DNA from: a virus
Lineage: Duplodnaviria > Caudoviricetes
IMG/VR virus record: IMGVR_UViG_2758568729_000001
Location: 1 to 64,000 of that record
DNA: 64,000 nt
Reading direction: 5' to 3' (one strand)
The position numbers and the translations under genes were made by a program. The notes beneath the pieces are model-generated. The model was not told where the DNA came from. It saw only the letters and a program-made list of their open reading frames with translations, and ran no database searches. Shown here one piece after another: positions 24,648-33,934 of the stretch. How positions within the stretch are numbered: the first letter of the stretch is position 1; every line of letters begins with the position of its first letter.

Positions 24648-25090
24648 GACACCGACCGCCGCTCGTATTCGAGGCCCCACCGGTCCGCGTCGGGCCGTGG
24701 ATCGTCGCCCGTCAGCACTTCCTTGATGTTGTGGGAGGCGTTGTTGCAGGACTCGCCGATGTACTCCTCGATGGCGGCGAGGGCAGCGAAGCGCTCCCGC
24801 AGGTCCGCCAACTCGTCCTGCAACGCGTTCACGTTGGGGTGGGCGGCGGCAATGGGCGCCGACAGCCCGCCCGCGGCGTCGAACGCTGCAAGCACCTGCC
24901 GTGCGTCCGCGCGGAACAGTTCCCGGTCGCCCTCACCTCTGCGGGAGTAGCCCCGCCCGTGCCAGTCGTCGTCGGCGTGCCGGTCCTGATCCTCAACCGG
25001 CCGGTGCGACATACTCGCCGTCGCGATGCGGTGGTGCAGGGCTCGGGCTACCGCCTCCACCCACGCTTTCGGGTAGTCGCGGTCAGCCAT
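24644..25090 (-). CDS. Hypothetical protein
   Basis: GAGGAG RBS. Confidence 0.6.
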   Translation of the reverse strand: MADRDYPKAWVEAVARALHHRIATASMSHRPVEDQDRHADDDWHGRGYSRRGEGDRELFRADARQVLAAFDAAGGLSAPIAAAHPNVNALQDELADLRERFAALAAIEEYIGESCNNASHNIKEVLTGDDPRPDADRWGLEYERRSVS

Positions 25091-25433
25091 GGTCGGGCTC
25101 CTCTGGAACCGGCTGCCACGTCTGGCCGCCAAGGCGAACGGCGAGCATCCGCACGACTGGGCCGGATCCGTGGAGATCGCGCTTCCAATCGCGTGCGTGC
25201 TCCTGGTCGTCGCACTCGAAGATCTCGCCCGGCTTGGCCGGGTCCCACACGACGCCGTAGTGCCAGTCGGCGGTGAACAGGGGCAGCATGGCGTCCGCTA
25301 CGGCGTCGCATACGGCGCGGGTAGCTGGGCTGCGGTACCCGTCGAGAGAGATCCCGTGCCGGCGGGTGGCCTCGGTCTCGGCCAGCAGGTCCCGCAGGGC
25401 TGCGGTTGCGGTCTCGATGTCGTCGGTTGTCAT
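25083..25433 (-). CDS. Hypothetical protein
   Basis: ATGA overlap. Confidence 0.55.
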   Translation of the reverse strand: MTTDDIETATAALRDLLAETEATRRHGISLDGYRSPATRAVCDAVADAMLPLFTADWHYGVVWDPAKPGEIFECDDQEHARDWKRDLHGSGPVVRMLAVRLGGQTWQPVPEEPDHG

Positions 25434-26170
25434 GCCGGCCGCCGGGTGGTGATCGGGCCGAAGTGCTGGACCAGTTCCCGCCACGCCGATGGGTAGCCGA
25501 AGTCATCGTTGAGCGGAAGGCCGTGCCACGACCTCGGAATCCAGCCCGCCGTGACCCGCTTCCACTGGTCGCCGTCGCAGTCCCAGACCTCGGTGACCTC
25601 GGGGCCGGGCTCGGCTTCGAGGCGCCCGGGGCCGGGGCCTCGGGTGACGTGGTAGGTGACTACCTCGGGGGTCGGTTCGTCCGTAGGTTTGTCGTACGGC
25701 GGACACCACGGGTGGTGCAGTTTGCCGCACTTCGGGCACTCGCCGGACGCCTCGGGTCCCGGGCCGGTGACCGCGGGCAGAGTGATGGACGCAGTGCCGA
25801 CGCTGCGGCCGAGCGTGGGTAACGCCGGCTTGGCGTCCGTGTCCGCTATCTCACCGGTCGGGTTGTCTGCATCTGGAAAGTGCTCGGTGATCGCATCAGC
25901 CAGGTAGGACCACGACAGCGGTCCGGGCGGCAACGACACGGTCCAGCCGCACGAGTGTTCCATGACGATCCGGGTGTGAGCCGGGCCCGCCATGGCACCC
26001 ATGCGTTCCCGGTACTCGGCTTCGGGGCCCATGAAGTTCTGCCACGCCTCGACCACCACCTGCGAGGGGTCGGCGTCGGGGTTCGGGCACGCGGAGTTGA
26101 TGCTTGGGGAACGCCAGACCGCCGGGCGGGGCTCGGCGTCAATCCGGATGGGCTCGATTTGGTTCATCAC
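25430..26170 (-). CDS. Hypothetical protein
   Basis: Coupled to the bldC-like gene. Confidence 0.6.
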   Translation of the reverse strand: MMNQIEPIRIDAEPRPAVWRSPSINSACPNPDADPSQVVVEAWQNFMGPEAEYRERMGAMAGPAHTRIVMEHSCGWTVSLPPGPLSWSYLADAITEHFPDADNPTGEIADTDAKPALPTLGRSVGTASITLPAVTGPGPEASGECPKCGKLHHPWCPPYDKPTDEPTPEVVTYHVTRGPGPGRLEAEPGPEVTEVWDCDGDQWKRVTAGWIPRSWHGLPLNDDFGYPSAWRELVQHFGPITTRRPA

Positions 26171-26367
26171 GCCCCGCCCCCTTTCAGCAGCGCCCGGACC
26201 TCGGACTCACGGAACCGGCGGTGCCCACCCGGCGTGCGGATCGACCCGATCCGGCCGGCAGCAGCCCACCGGGTCACGGTCTTCGGGTCAACCCTCATCA
26301 GCGCGGCGACCTCGCCGGGGGTCATCAGCCGGTCACCCGGCAGCAGCGGACTACTCACCGGTGCCAC
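26167..26367 (-). CDS. bldC: BldC-family (MerR-like) DNA-binding protein
   Basis: LMTPGEVAALMRVDPKTVTRWAAAGRIGSIRTPGGHRRFRESEVRALL closely matches the BldC consensus. Confidence 0.9.
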   Translation of the reverse strand: MAPVSSPLLPGDRLMTPGEVAALMRVDPKTVTRWAAAGRIGSIRTPGGHRRFRESEVRALLKGGGA

Positions 26368-26818
26368 CGTTCGCCAGCGCCCGGGTCACAGCCAGCGCGG
26401 TCTTCTCGACCGCCTCCATGCCGGACCAGCCGTGCTCGTCGTAGTTGGCGGACGCCACCAGCGCGCCGTCCACCCAGACCTCGATGGCCTCGTCATTCGG
26501 GCGTTCGATGGTGACACGGTCAACCCTGGTCGACGGCTCATCGGCCTGGTAGTGCTCGCGAACCGTCATCAGCAGTTGCTCCGCGACCCTGACCGCGTTG
26601 TCGGCCGTGAGGTGCATCGGCGCCTCGTGGGTCGGCCCGTTCGGGTCGTTGAGGTCGGTCGGCGCGGTCGCGCGCAGCCAGACGTGCGGGCCGATCGCGG
26701 CGGACGGCTCGGACACGGACACGTGGCCGCCGTACTCGGACGGAATGTTGGGCAGGTAGGAGAACCCGCGCTCGCTGACGACCTTTTGGAGGTGCCAGCG
26801 TTCGTTGGTGTCGGTCAT
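26351..26818 (-). CDS. Hypothetical protein, first gene behind a double-box promoter
   Basis: GGAGG RBS; SERGF...YGG.V.V.E.SAA..PH.WL. Confidence 0.7.
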   Translation of the reverse strand: MTDTNERWHLQKVVSERGFSYLPNIPSEYGGHVSVSEPSAAIGPHVWLRATAPTDLNDPNGPTHEAPMHLTADNAVRVAEQLLMTVREHYQADEPSTRVDRVTIERPNDEAIEVWVDGALVASANYDEHGWSGMEAVEKTALAVTRALANGGTGE

Positions 26819-26852
26819 GCCGGTTGGCCTCCAAGTAGCTCGGCGGCAGGGA

Positions 26853-26905
26853 TATCTACCAAGCTACGGCATGACCAGGCTCGCGGCAATCACATCTACC
26901 GAGTT
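26853..26905 (-). promoter_or_regulatory. Double-box promoter
   Basis: Boxes 40 bp apart; TTGCCG-N17-TAGCTT. Confidence 0.75.
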
Positions 26906-27427
26906 TCGCTAGCCGCCTCTCGGGCCAGGGCCCGCTTCAGCCGCCGGCGCACCTGGCGGGGCGAGTGGGATCGCACCGGGCAGTCCGGTCCCGGCGGCTT
27001 CCGGCAGATCGGGCACCACGGCGGCGACGCACGACCCGGCATCCGAGCCACGTCAACCACCCCCGAACGTACGGCGGCCCCGGTAACCGCCGGGGATTCT
27101 CCCCCCAGCGCCGGGGCCGCAATGTCGCATAGCCGCGCTTCCACTTCGGTCACACCCGCACGGACGATGCGACCTGCCGATCGGACGGCCCAACCGCGCT
27201 GAGTTTTCCCTAGTAGCCCGCCCGGCGTTGGCCCTGCGGGGATTGTCCGCAGGCAAGGCGCCGGGCAGTACGTTCGGTACGCCAGGGTTAAGGGCTGGGA
27301 ACTACCCCTGGTTCGTGTGCTTCCCGTGACCCGATCTGCCGTTGAGTGTACCGGGGGTCACCGACCGTTTCGAGGCGCCGGGGCCAGTCAGCCCACTCCA
27401 GCCCGGGTTGTCCCGTACGGTGACCCG

Positions 27428-27679
27428 ATGAGCGACAGCGAAGGGCTCACCCGGAAATTCGGCCCGATCACCGTCACCGCCAGCCCCGCCACCGGCCTCG
27501 CCAGCCTGTCATTTCTCACCGAAGGTGGGGAACGCGTCGCCGTGCTCTCGGTAGACGAACTAACGAAGATCGAATCCACCCTGATCGAACGCATCGCCGC
27601 ACACCTCGAATTCGGAGAACCCATCGACCTCGCCGGGGCGTTCACCGAGGCGATGGGCCGGAACCCGTTCGAGGCGTAA
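27428..27679 (+). CDS. Hypothetical protein
   Basis: Protein-like composition, GC3-rich. Confidence 0.55.
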   Translation: MSDSEGLTRKFGPITVTASPATGLASLSFLTEGGERVAVLSVDELTKIESTLIERIAAHLEFGEPIDLAGAFTEAMGRNPFEA

Positions 27680-27712
27680 CCCGTCCGCGGCGCGCTTCCA
27701 GCGGGGGACCGG

Positions 27713-27773
27713 ATGGCAATTTGCCATGGGTTTGCTATCCGCTTGCTACCGGGTTGCCATGGCTTGATGGCAA
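27713..27773. repeat. Phased heptamer repeats TTGCYAY, 11-bp period
   Basis: Copies at 27721, 27732, 27743, 27754; inverted ATGGCAA at 27713 and 27767. Confidence 0.7.
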
Positions 27774-27867
27774 AAGGCCATCGCCGGGGGTCGGATCACC
27801 GACAGCCCGCAACCCGATCAGGCAGTGCAAACGATCAACGACGCCCATCACACTTCGCCACGTGACC

Positions 27868-28386
27868 ATGCCTCAACCACACGCTCACGGCCCGCAGCAG
27901 CAGACCAGCCGAACCGCCCTGATCGTCTTCGGCGTGGCCGGCGTCCTGATCCTCTGCGGAGGCGCCGTCGGGATCGTCGCCGCTCTCGGGGAAGATCCCG
28001 TTGACCCAGCGGCCCAACCGCTGGCGACGTCGACACCCGCAAGCCGGCCGCCGGCCGCGCCCGCGGCGACCGCGGCGGCACCCCAGGTGGTTCCGACGGT
28101 CGAGCCGGTGACCAGCCCCACAGTGGCGGCACCGAGTAGCGCCGCGCCGGCCAAGACCGCCGCCCCGAAAACCCTGACGGTGCCGACCCTGGTGGGGAAA
28201 AACGCGGCCGTCGCCGACGACGAGCTGCGGAAGCTCGGGTTTACGAACATCAGCTTCGGGTCGCAGGACAAGAACGACACCGTCGTGATCCTGCTGACGA
28301 ACTGGACGGTCACGAAGCAGTCAACGAAGGCGGGCGCGAAGGTGGCGGCGGACACGCTCATCGTCCTGACCTGCACGAAGGAGTAA
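27868..28386 (+). CDS. Membrane-anchored PASTA-domain protein
   Basis: TM helix, Pro/Ala linker, VPTLVGKN...L..LGF...WTVTKQS. Confidence 0.8.
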   Translation: MPQPHAHGPQQQTSRTALIVFGVAGVLILCGGAVGIVAALGEDPVDPAAQPLATSTPASRPPAAPAATAAAPQVVPTVEPVTSPTVAAPSSAAPAKTAAPKTLTVPTLVGKNAAVADDELRKLGFTNISFGSQDKNDTVVILLTNWTVTKQSTKAGAKVAADTLIVLTCTKE

Positions 28387-28464
28387 CGGCGCGTCGCAGT
28401 TCGGTTGCCCAGGTGACTTTAGGGTCGCCAGTGCAGGACGCCTACGGGCTCCCGCACCCGCCTT

Positions 28465-28488
28465 AGGCCCCGCCCCGTGCGGGGCCTT
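28465..28488. terminator. Hairpin between convergent genes
   Basis: AGGCCCCGC-CCCGT-GCGGGGCCT. Confidence 0.55.
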
Positions 28489-28494
28489 CGTGCA

Positions 28495-29388
28495 TCACCG
28501 GGCGAACGCCTCCTCCAACCGGGCATCCCGGTCGTGGGCGAGCAGGTCGAACACGGACAGGCCGTGCCCGAACACGAACCCATCCCAGTCGTCCGGGGTC
28601 AACTCCAGACGGCCTGGGTTGCCCCGCAAACCGGCCATGCCCAGCTCCCACCGCCGGGCGGTCGGGATCTCGGACCACAGCTCCTCGACGTGCTGATCCC
28701 GGTAGTCCTCCTGCCCCGCGGCCGTCATGTCCGCCCACTCGTTGGCCCCGTCCCCGTACGCCCAGTCCGGTCGCCAGTCCGGTTTGATGACCGGCTCCCA
28801 CCTGGCGGCCTTCCGGTTCGGGAACTGATCCTCCACCGAATACGACGTAACCACCGGCTCGTCATCGCGCGCCCGTAGCAGCTCGATCACCTGCGTCCAG
28901 CCCTGGTCCGACCACCGGCGAGGCCCGTCCGGTCCGTCGTTGAACCAGAACCCGTCCCGGAAGACCGACCGGTTGAGCCCGTCCTGCATGATGTCGGCCA
29001 GCCACGCCCGGTTCGGCCCGTCGACCCAGGCGTGAATCTCGCACTGGTAGTACAGGCGGGCGGCCAACCGGATTGGGTCGTTCCCGAGGGCAAGGGCGGT
29101 GTTGAACAGCAGTGGCTTCGACGCGATCGGGTGTCCACGCCAGTGGAACGGGTCGTCGCCGACGACGAGCGACGTCTCGACGCCCCGTCGCCACCCCTGG
29201 TACTGGTGGGCGGGCGGGACCTGGCCCACGGCGGGTGACAGGAGTTTGGCGATCCGCTTCACCGCGATGGGGCTGCCGAGCCCAAGCATGGCGATGACCA
29301 TGTCGGTGCACAGTGCACCGAAGTGGGCGTGTTCGCTGCCATTCAATGCGGCTTCACCGAAGGGGGAGTGGAAGTGAAGCTTGCTCAT
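28495..29388 (-). CDS. Hypothetical protein (Trp-rich)
   Basis: 297-aa ORF, MSKLHFHS start with GAGGA RBS. Confidence 0.7.
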   Translation of the reverse strand: MSKLHFHSPFGEAALNGSEHAHFGALCTDMVIAMLGLGSPIAVKRIAKLLSPAVGQVPPAHQYQGWRRGVETSLVVGDDPFHWRGHPIASKPLLFNTALALGNDPIRLAARLYYQCEIHAWVDGPNRAWLADIMQDGLNRSVFRDGFWFNDGPDGPRRWSDQGWTQVIELLRARDDEPVVTSYSVEDQFPNRKAARWEPVIKPDWRPDWAYGDGANEWADMTAAGQEDYRDQHVEELWSEIPTARRWELGMAGLRGNPGRLELTPDDWDGFVFGHGLSVFDLLAHDRDARLEEAFAR

Positions 29389-29446
29389 GCTGCGCGGCCT
29401 TCCTCGCTGGTGGTTGCCCGCTCGACCAGGATGGTGCGGATCTCCA

Positions 29447-30472
29447 TCAGCAACCGGCCGAGGTAATTCTCCCCGGTCGCCTGACGGCCAGCTTCCAGCC
29501 CTTGTGAGCGTCACGCTTGCCGTTCAGCAACTCACTGAGTTTTCCCTTGTCCAGATGGTGCGCGGCGGCGAAGGCGACAACGCCCACGCCTTCGACCTCT
29601 TCACCCTCGGGGTTTAGCAGAACGAAGTGCTTCCGTGGACGAGGGATGGCGCGAACGGTGCCACGCCGGCCAGCAAGCAACTGCACCGCCTTGGCTGCCT
29701 CCTCCGAGGTGCAGTGCCCCAGGTCTACTGCGGCCCTGACGGCGTGAGGTGTGTTCGCGCAGGCCGTTGCGTGCGTTTGTGCCGCCGCCCGCATCGCCCG
29801 CGAGAACGAGCTACGGCACCCAGGACACACCAAAGACTCGTCCGTGTCGAACAGGGTCGCTGGTAATGGATCGGCAACCAGCCGCCATCCCTGATGCGAC
29901 GGGCGCACTCCCCAAGCCACTGCCCGAAGGTTGCTGTAACTCAGTCCCACCTCCTTGCAGAACTTCCCCGGGTTGCTGATCACGATCGACTCCCCGGACG
30001 GGTTGATCAAAGTCCAGGGCCGTCGCCGCTCCGCGAAAGTCGCCGCTGCGGCAATGTACGCCCGTTCGGGGAGTCTGCGTCCCTGCCACAGCTCGCTCAA
30101 CGCCTGACGGCGTTCGGGCGTCATCGCCGATCGGAGTGCATCGCGTGCCTGCTGGCTGACCGCACCGATTCCGTTGCCAGCGCGGAGGTTATACCCGTGA
30201 GGCGCGAACGTGTTCTGGCACACGGCCCAAGCCTTCTCCGCAGCGTCCAGGGCCTCCTGGCTATCGCACTGGGCCAGCTCCCTCATGACGAACGACTCGA
30301 CCCCGTACTTGCGAAGGGCTGCCGTAATCGGCTGAGTCCGTCGGCGGTTGCTCATAGCGTGGACATGACCCCGCCATCGCCGCTCAAGCGTAAACGTGGT
30401 CTGACCGACGTATTCCTTGCCCGTCAGCTTGTTGATGATGACGTAAATCCGGCCGTACGGCTCAGCCGTCAT
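29447..30472 (-). CDS. GIY-YIG homing endonuclease with NUMOD-like repeats
   Basis: GRIYVI.NKLTGKEYVGQT, R.RW..H, GYNL; two NP.GE...F....L....L...G.R..H.GW repeats. Confidence 0.88.
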   Translation of the reverse strand: MTAEPYGRIYVIINKLTGKEYVGQTTFTLERRWRGHVHAMSNRRRTQPITAALRKYGVESFVMRELAQCDSQEALDAAEKAWAVCQNTFAPHGYNLRAGNGIGAVSQQARDALRSAMTPERRQALSELWQGRRLPERAYIAAAATFAERRRPWTLINPSGESIVISNPGKFCKEVGLSYSNLRAVAWGVRPSHQGWRLVADPLPATLFDTDESLVCPGCRSSFSRAMRAAAQTHATACANTPHAVRAAVDLGHCTSEEAAKAVQLLAGRRGTVRAIPRPRKHFVLLNPEGEEVEGVGVVAFAAAHHLDKGKLSELLNGKRDAHKGWKLAVRRPGRITSAGC

Positions 30473-30933
30473 CCCTGCTCCCGCAGTTCGGCACGTAGAG
30501 CCATGAGCAACTTGCCTAGGCAGTTCTGCCCCGGCCGGACGCACGCTGGCCGCCCGCAGTGGCAGAACCCTCCCCAGGTCAGGTCATGCCACATCGTGCC
30601 CTCAATCAGGGTTGCGTCTCCGGTCGCAACCAGGGCGGCGGCCTTGTCCGGGTGCGCCCGGAACTTCGCCGCCAACACCTCGGCCATCACCTCGTACCTG
30701 ACCTTCTCGTCCCACCGCGGCCGGAGCTGCACCGACCGGCCGCGGCGCTTCGCCTCGGCCGGGGTCCGAGCTTCGGCGATCCACAGCCGGACGCCCATGT
30801 CCAGGGACTTGCCGGCGTTGAAGCTGTGTTCGGTGGTCGGGTAGTCGATTTGCTCCCACCGGTGGGGTGCGTGGTCGAAGTTCGACAGGAACCCGTGCCG
30901 GCCCCGGAAGTCGCTGATCACCACCCTGGCCAC
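30469..30933 (-). CDS. NADAR (YbiA-like) protein
   Basis: FLSNF, YPTTEH.F.A.K, AK..GR, KF..H, LIEG..W.D..WG, GQN.LGKLLM.LR. Confidence 0.92.
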   Translation of the reverse strand: MARVVISDFRGRHGFLSNFDHAPHRWEQIDYPTTEHSFNAGKSLDMGVRLWIAEARTPAEAKRRGRSVQLRPRWDEKVRYEVMAEVLAAKFRAHPDKAAALVATGDATLIEGTMWHDLTWGGFCHCGRPACVRPGQNCLGKLLMALRAELREQG

Positions 30934-30934
30934 G

Positions 30935-31468
30935 TCAACCACGGCGCACCTCGGTCTTGTGCTCGGCGTGCCACTCACGCCGGGCGTTGTCCGACGGCAA
31001 CACCGGGGACGGCTCCCCACACGAGCAGGCAGTGGCGCCTTCCCGGATCCGGGAACCCTGGTCGAAGATACGGCCTTCGGCGGGCAAGGTGTGCCCGGCA
31101 AGGCGGGCGCCCGGCCGCTGCCGCTCCGTCTCGTCTGCGAACCCCAGAACATCCAGGATTGTCTGTACGCGAAGGAGGTCTCTCGGCTGTTCGGCGGCTA
31201 GGGCTTCGAAGAACGGGGCCACCTCTACGAACGCGGAAAACATATCGTCCAACACCCTCACCTGGATCCTCGGACTACCGAAAATCGCGCTGATGTCCTC
31301 GACAAGGACCATCCAGGCATCTTGTTCGTTGTTGTCCTGTTTGAAGATGTGGATCGAGGGCGAGGGAGCTTTGCCGAGTATCCGGGCCTCGCTCTTGGCG
31401 TACCAGTGTTCGTGTTCCACGGTGTACGCAAGCCGGTAGCCGGGGTCGGTGCTCAGCTTCTCCGTCAT
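30935..31468 (-). CDS. Hypothetical protein with C-terminal CSCG...WH..H finger
   Basis: AGGAG RBS. Confidence 0.6.
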   Translation of the reverse strand: MTEKLSTDPGYRLAYTVEHEHWYAKSEARILGKAPSPSIHIFKQDNNEQDAWMVLVEDISAIFGSPRIQVRVLDDMFSAFVEVAPFFEALAAEQPRDLLRVQTILDVLGFADETERQRPGARLAGHTLPAEGRIFDQGSRIREGATACSCGEPSPVLPSDNARREWHAEHKTEVRRG

Positions 31469-31634
31469 GGTGCGCTCCTGTCGTAGTGGTTCAGTGTGTG
31501 TGACTGCGGTGTGACTTCCGCGTGACTCACGGCGTGACGGGCGGTCAGCCGCGAGACACGGCCGGGGCGAGCAGGTCCGTACGACCATGCACATCCTCAT
31601 CGCGATCAATAACCATCACGGTCACGGGCGGAGG

Positions 31635-31883
31635 TCACCCCAGGCCGGCGGCGCGCCGCTGCTCCTCCCACTCCTCCACGAGAAGGTCACCCTTCTCAAA
31701 GTTGCACTCAGCGCAGGCGCAATCCAGGTTGTCCAGCTCGTTCGTCCCACCCCGAGAGACGGGCACCCGGTGCTCGACCCAAAACGGCCCGTCAACGTTG
31801 CCGCAGTAGCAGCAGCGGCCGATACCAAGAACTCGGCGACGGCGCGCGATGGGAACCCTGGTCCGCTTCCTCCCCCTAGGCAT
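31635..31883 (-). CDS. Small HNH endonuclease
   Basis: CCYCG...EHRVPVSRGG.N..DNL..AC..CN..KG. Confidence 0.85.
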   Translation of the reverse strand: MPRGRKRTRVPIARRRRVLGIGRCCYCGNVDGPFWVEHRVPVSRGGTNELDNLDCACAECNFEKGDLLVEEWEEQRRAAGLG

Positions 31884-31971
31884 GGGTGGCTCGCCTGCTA
31901 CTGGACCGCCAGTAGCGGCGGCAGCCGGTCCGGGTGTACCAGGTTGTGCGAGATGGTCAGTTTCGTATCGG

Positions 31972-32826
31972 TCATGCGGCTGGCTCCTGTTCTGGCTGGT
32001 CAAGGTACATGTCGGCGGTGTGGTCAGTTCCGTGTGCTGCGTTCCATGTGTCCAGCACCTTCTGGACCACGTCAAGCAGGGTGCCGTTCCGCTTGACCGC
32101 CACCCACCAGCCGTTGCCGTCCACGAGGTTGTCGGCGGTGATCCGGGCGATAAGCCAGTCGGCGTCGGTTCCGATCCAACCGATCTCGGCGAGGTACCGG
32201 TGGGGGAGACTCCTGAACTTCGGCTTGGGCCTCTTGCCGTCTCTCTCACGATCTTGATTTGCCCGCCGCGTCGGCGGTGGTGCGTTCGCGCCGGAGAGAG
32301 AGGCGGTAGTTAGTGGTTGTTCTTGTAGTGGTCCTAATGGTTGCGTTCCACCGTTGGAACTACCAGCGGCCGAAGTGGAACTACCGTGGTCCGCTGATGG
32401 AACTACCGTAGTTCCGACGTTGGAACTACCGGCCGTTTCGTCGGTGGTTCCAACGTCGGAACTACCAGCATCGTCGTTAGTTCCGACGCTGGAACTAACG
32501 ACGGGAACCACCAGCCGGTAGATCGTGGACCGGCGAGGCGCCTCGTGCACCAGTGCCAACCAACCGGCCGCCACAAGACTGTCGACGATCGCCGGTACCT
32601 TCGCCCGCCGCCGGATACCGGACTTCGCCATGAGCCTCGGGTACGTCAACCAGGCCAGGTCCGCATCGGGCCCCTTGTCGCCGGCCGCGTTCCGGGCGTG
32701 CCGGGCGTACGTCTCCAGAACGGCCTTCTGGTCGGCGCTCAGGTGCTCAGACTCCCACACGGCATCCCGGTAGATGTCGCGGAACCATCGGCCACTTGGG
32801 CGCTCGCTGTCAGTCGGCGAGGTCAT
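31972..32826 (-). CDS. Putative phage-type replication initiator (N-terminal wHTH)
   Basis: KAVL..YA...AW.TYPRL...L...GWL...RSTIYRL; low-complexity linker with DNA repeats. Confidence 0.6.
   Translation of the reverse strand: MTSPTDSERPSGRWFRDIYRDAVWESEHLSADQKAVLETYARHARNAAGDKGPDADLAWLTYPRLMAKSGIRRRAKVPAIVDSLVAAGWLALVHEAPRRSTIYRLVVPVVSSSVGTNDDAGSSDVGTTDETAGSSNVGTTVVPSADHGSSTSAAGSSNGGTQPLGPLQEQPLTTASLSGANAPPPTRRANQDRERDGKRPKPKFRSLPHRYLAEIGWIGTDADWLIARITADNLVDGNGWWVAVKRNGTLLDVVQKVLDTWNAAHGTDHTADMYLDQPEQEPAA
32343..32499. repeat. Iteron-like GGAACTA(C) repeats, candidate origin
   Basis: GGAACTA at 32356, 32377, 32399, 32422, 32458, 32491; four within GTTCC-N6-GGAAC palindromes. Confidence 0.7.
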
Positions 32827-33430
32827 CGATTACCTCGATCCGGGCGCCCTTACGGGAGTTGCACGATCCGCACAGCACCCGCAGGTTTTCGACGGTGTCC
32901 GGGCCGCCCCTGGACCACGGGTAGATGCGATCGAGGGCGAGCAAGTGGGTCGAACCGCATTTGATGCACGCGTCGCCGTCCCGCGCGAAGACCGCCACCC
33001 TCACGGCCGTGGGGATGGGGCGACGTCGGACACCCTCGGGGGCAATCCGTTCGGCGGAGTAGCGAGGCGCCCGGACGGGCTTCGTCCCCTTGATGTGGAG
33101 TGGCACGTCGTACACGGTGGGCCGTTGCCCGGACGCCAGGTTATGCACCAGCGTCTGGTCCCCGAGCAGCAGGAGACCGAGCGACCGAAGCCGTGCGATA
33201 TCGCGTTGGGTTTGCTTGACCGACTTGCCTGTCTTCTTCGCGATCTTCGCTACCGGTTGGGACGAGCCCTGCCCCTGGTCATCGCAAGCGCGGGCGATGA
33301 CGACCAGCGTGCCGGCAAGTTCGGCTGGCACGGGGGCATCGTCAATCACCCAATCGATGGCGCGCATGCAGACCGGCTCGTGGTCCATCGGTCGGCCGCT
33401 CGCCGGTGGGATCTTGCTAGTGTGTTGCAC
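32810..33430 (-). CDS. wHTH-HNH fusion protein
   Basis: HTH IAKKTGKSVKQTQRDIARL; RDGDACIKCG...DRIYPWSRGG...NLRVLCGSCN. Confidence 0.8.
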   Translation of the reverse strand: MQHTSKIPPASGRPMDHEPVCMRAIDWVIDDAPVPAELAGTLVVIARACDDQGQGSSQPVAKIAKKTGKSVKQTQRDIARLRSLGLLLLGDQTLVHNLASGQRPTVYDVPLHIKGTKPVRAPRYSAERIAPEGVRRRPIPTAVRVAVFARDGDACIKCGSTHLLALDRIYPWSRGGPDTVENLRVLCGSCNSRKGARIEVIDDLAD

Positions 33431-33514
33431 AGCCCAGGGCCTACTTTCTGGGTCAGGCTCGGGGGCGCATGGCGTTGGTAGCGCCGCTCCCGGGCCGAAC
33501 TATTTGCGCTGCCG

Positions 33515-33760
33515 CTACTGCGGCCCGTCAGTCTTCGCGGGTTCCTCCTTGAGGATCTTGTCGAGCCAGGTGTCTGACCAGACGTGGCCCATACCGCGCA
33601 GGATCGCGGCCTTCCTTATGTTCTCGGCGTACGCGGCGCGCGCTTCGGCGGCCAGCCTGTCTCGCGGGCCGGCAAGGATCCGTTCGGCTTCGTTTCGTGC
33701 CTGCTGATACTCGTCACCCGCTTTCTTGAGTCGCGCGAGCCGCGCGCTGTGATCGGTCAT
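33515..33760 (-). CDS. Small helical, possibly DNA-binding protein
   Basis: 81-aa ORF divergent from promoter 33833. Confidence 0.55.
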   Translation of the reverse strand: MTDHSARLARLKKAGDEYQQARNEAERILAGPRDRLAAEARAAYAENIRKAAILRGMGHVWSDTWLDKILKEEPAKTDGPQ

Positions 33761-33832
33761 GCCGGGGATCATGTCATGAACCGGTTGGGAAAGCAATTAG
33801 CCAACATGTTCCCATCATGTTTGCCAACCTGG

Positions 33833-33869
33833 TTGACATGGCCCAACGCAGCCCGTAACTTGGTAGATG
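33833..33869 (+). promoter_or_regulatory. Strong sigma70-like promoter with single downstream box
   Basis: TTGACA-N17-TAACTT overlapped by AACTTGGTAGATG. Confidence 0.8.
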
Positions 33870-33934
33870 TAAGGCGAACGGCCACGGCCGGTGCTACCAA
33901 CACCACCGAGGCCCTGATCGGGAGAGGCCCCGAT

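Noticed and set aside
25880-27202. 440-aa plus-strand ORF and similar long antisense ORFs (e.g. 40507-42018, 6084-7313)
   Set aside because: GC-rich shadow frames opposite well-supported genes; no motifs.
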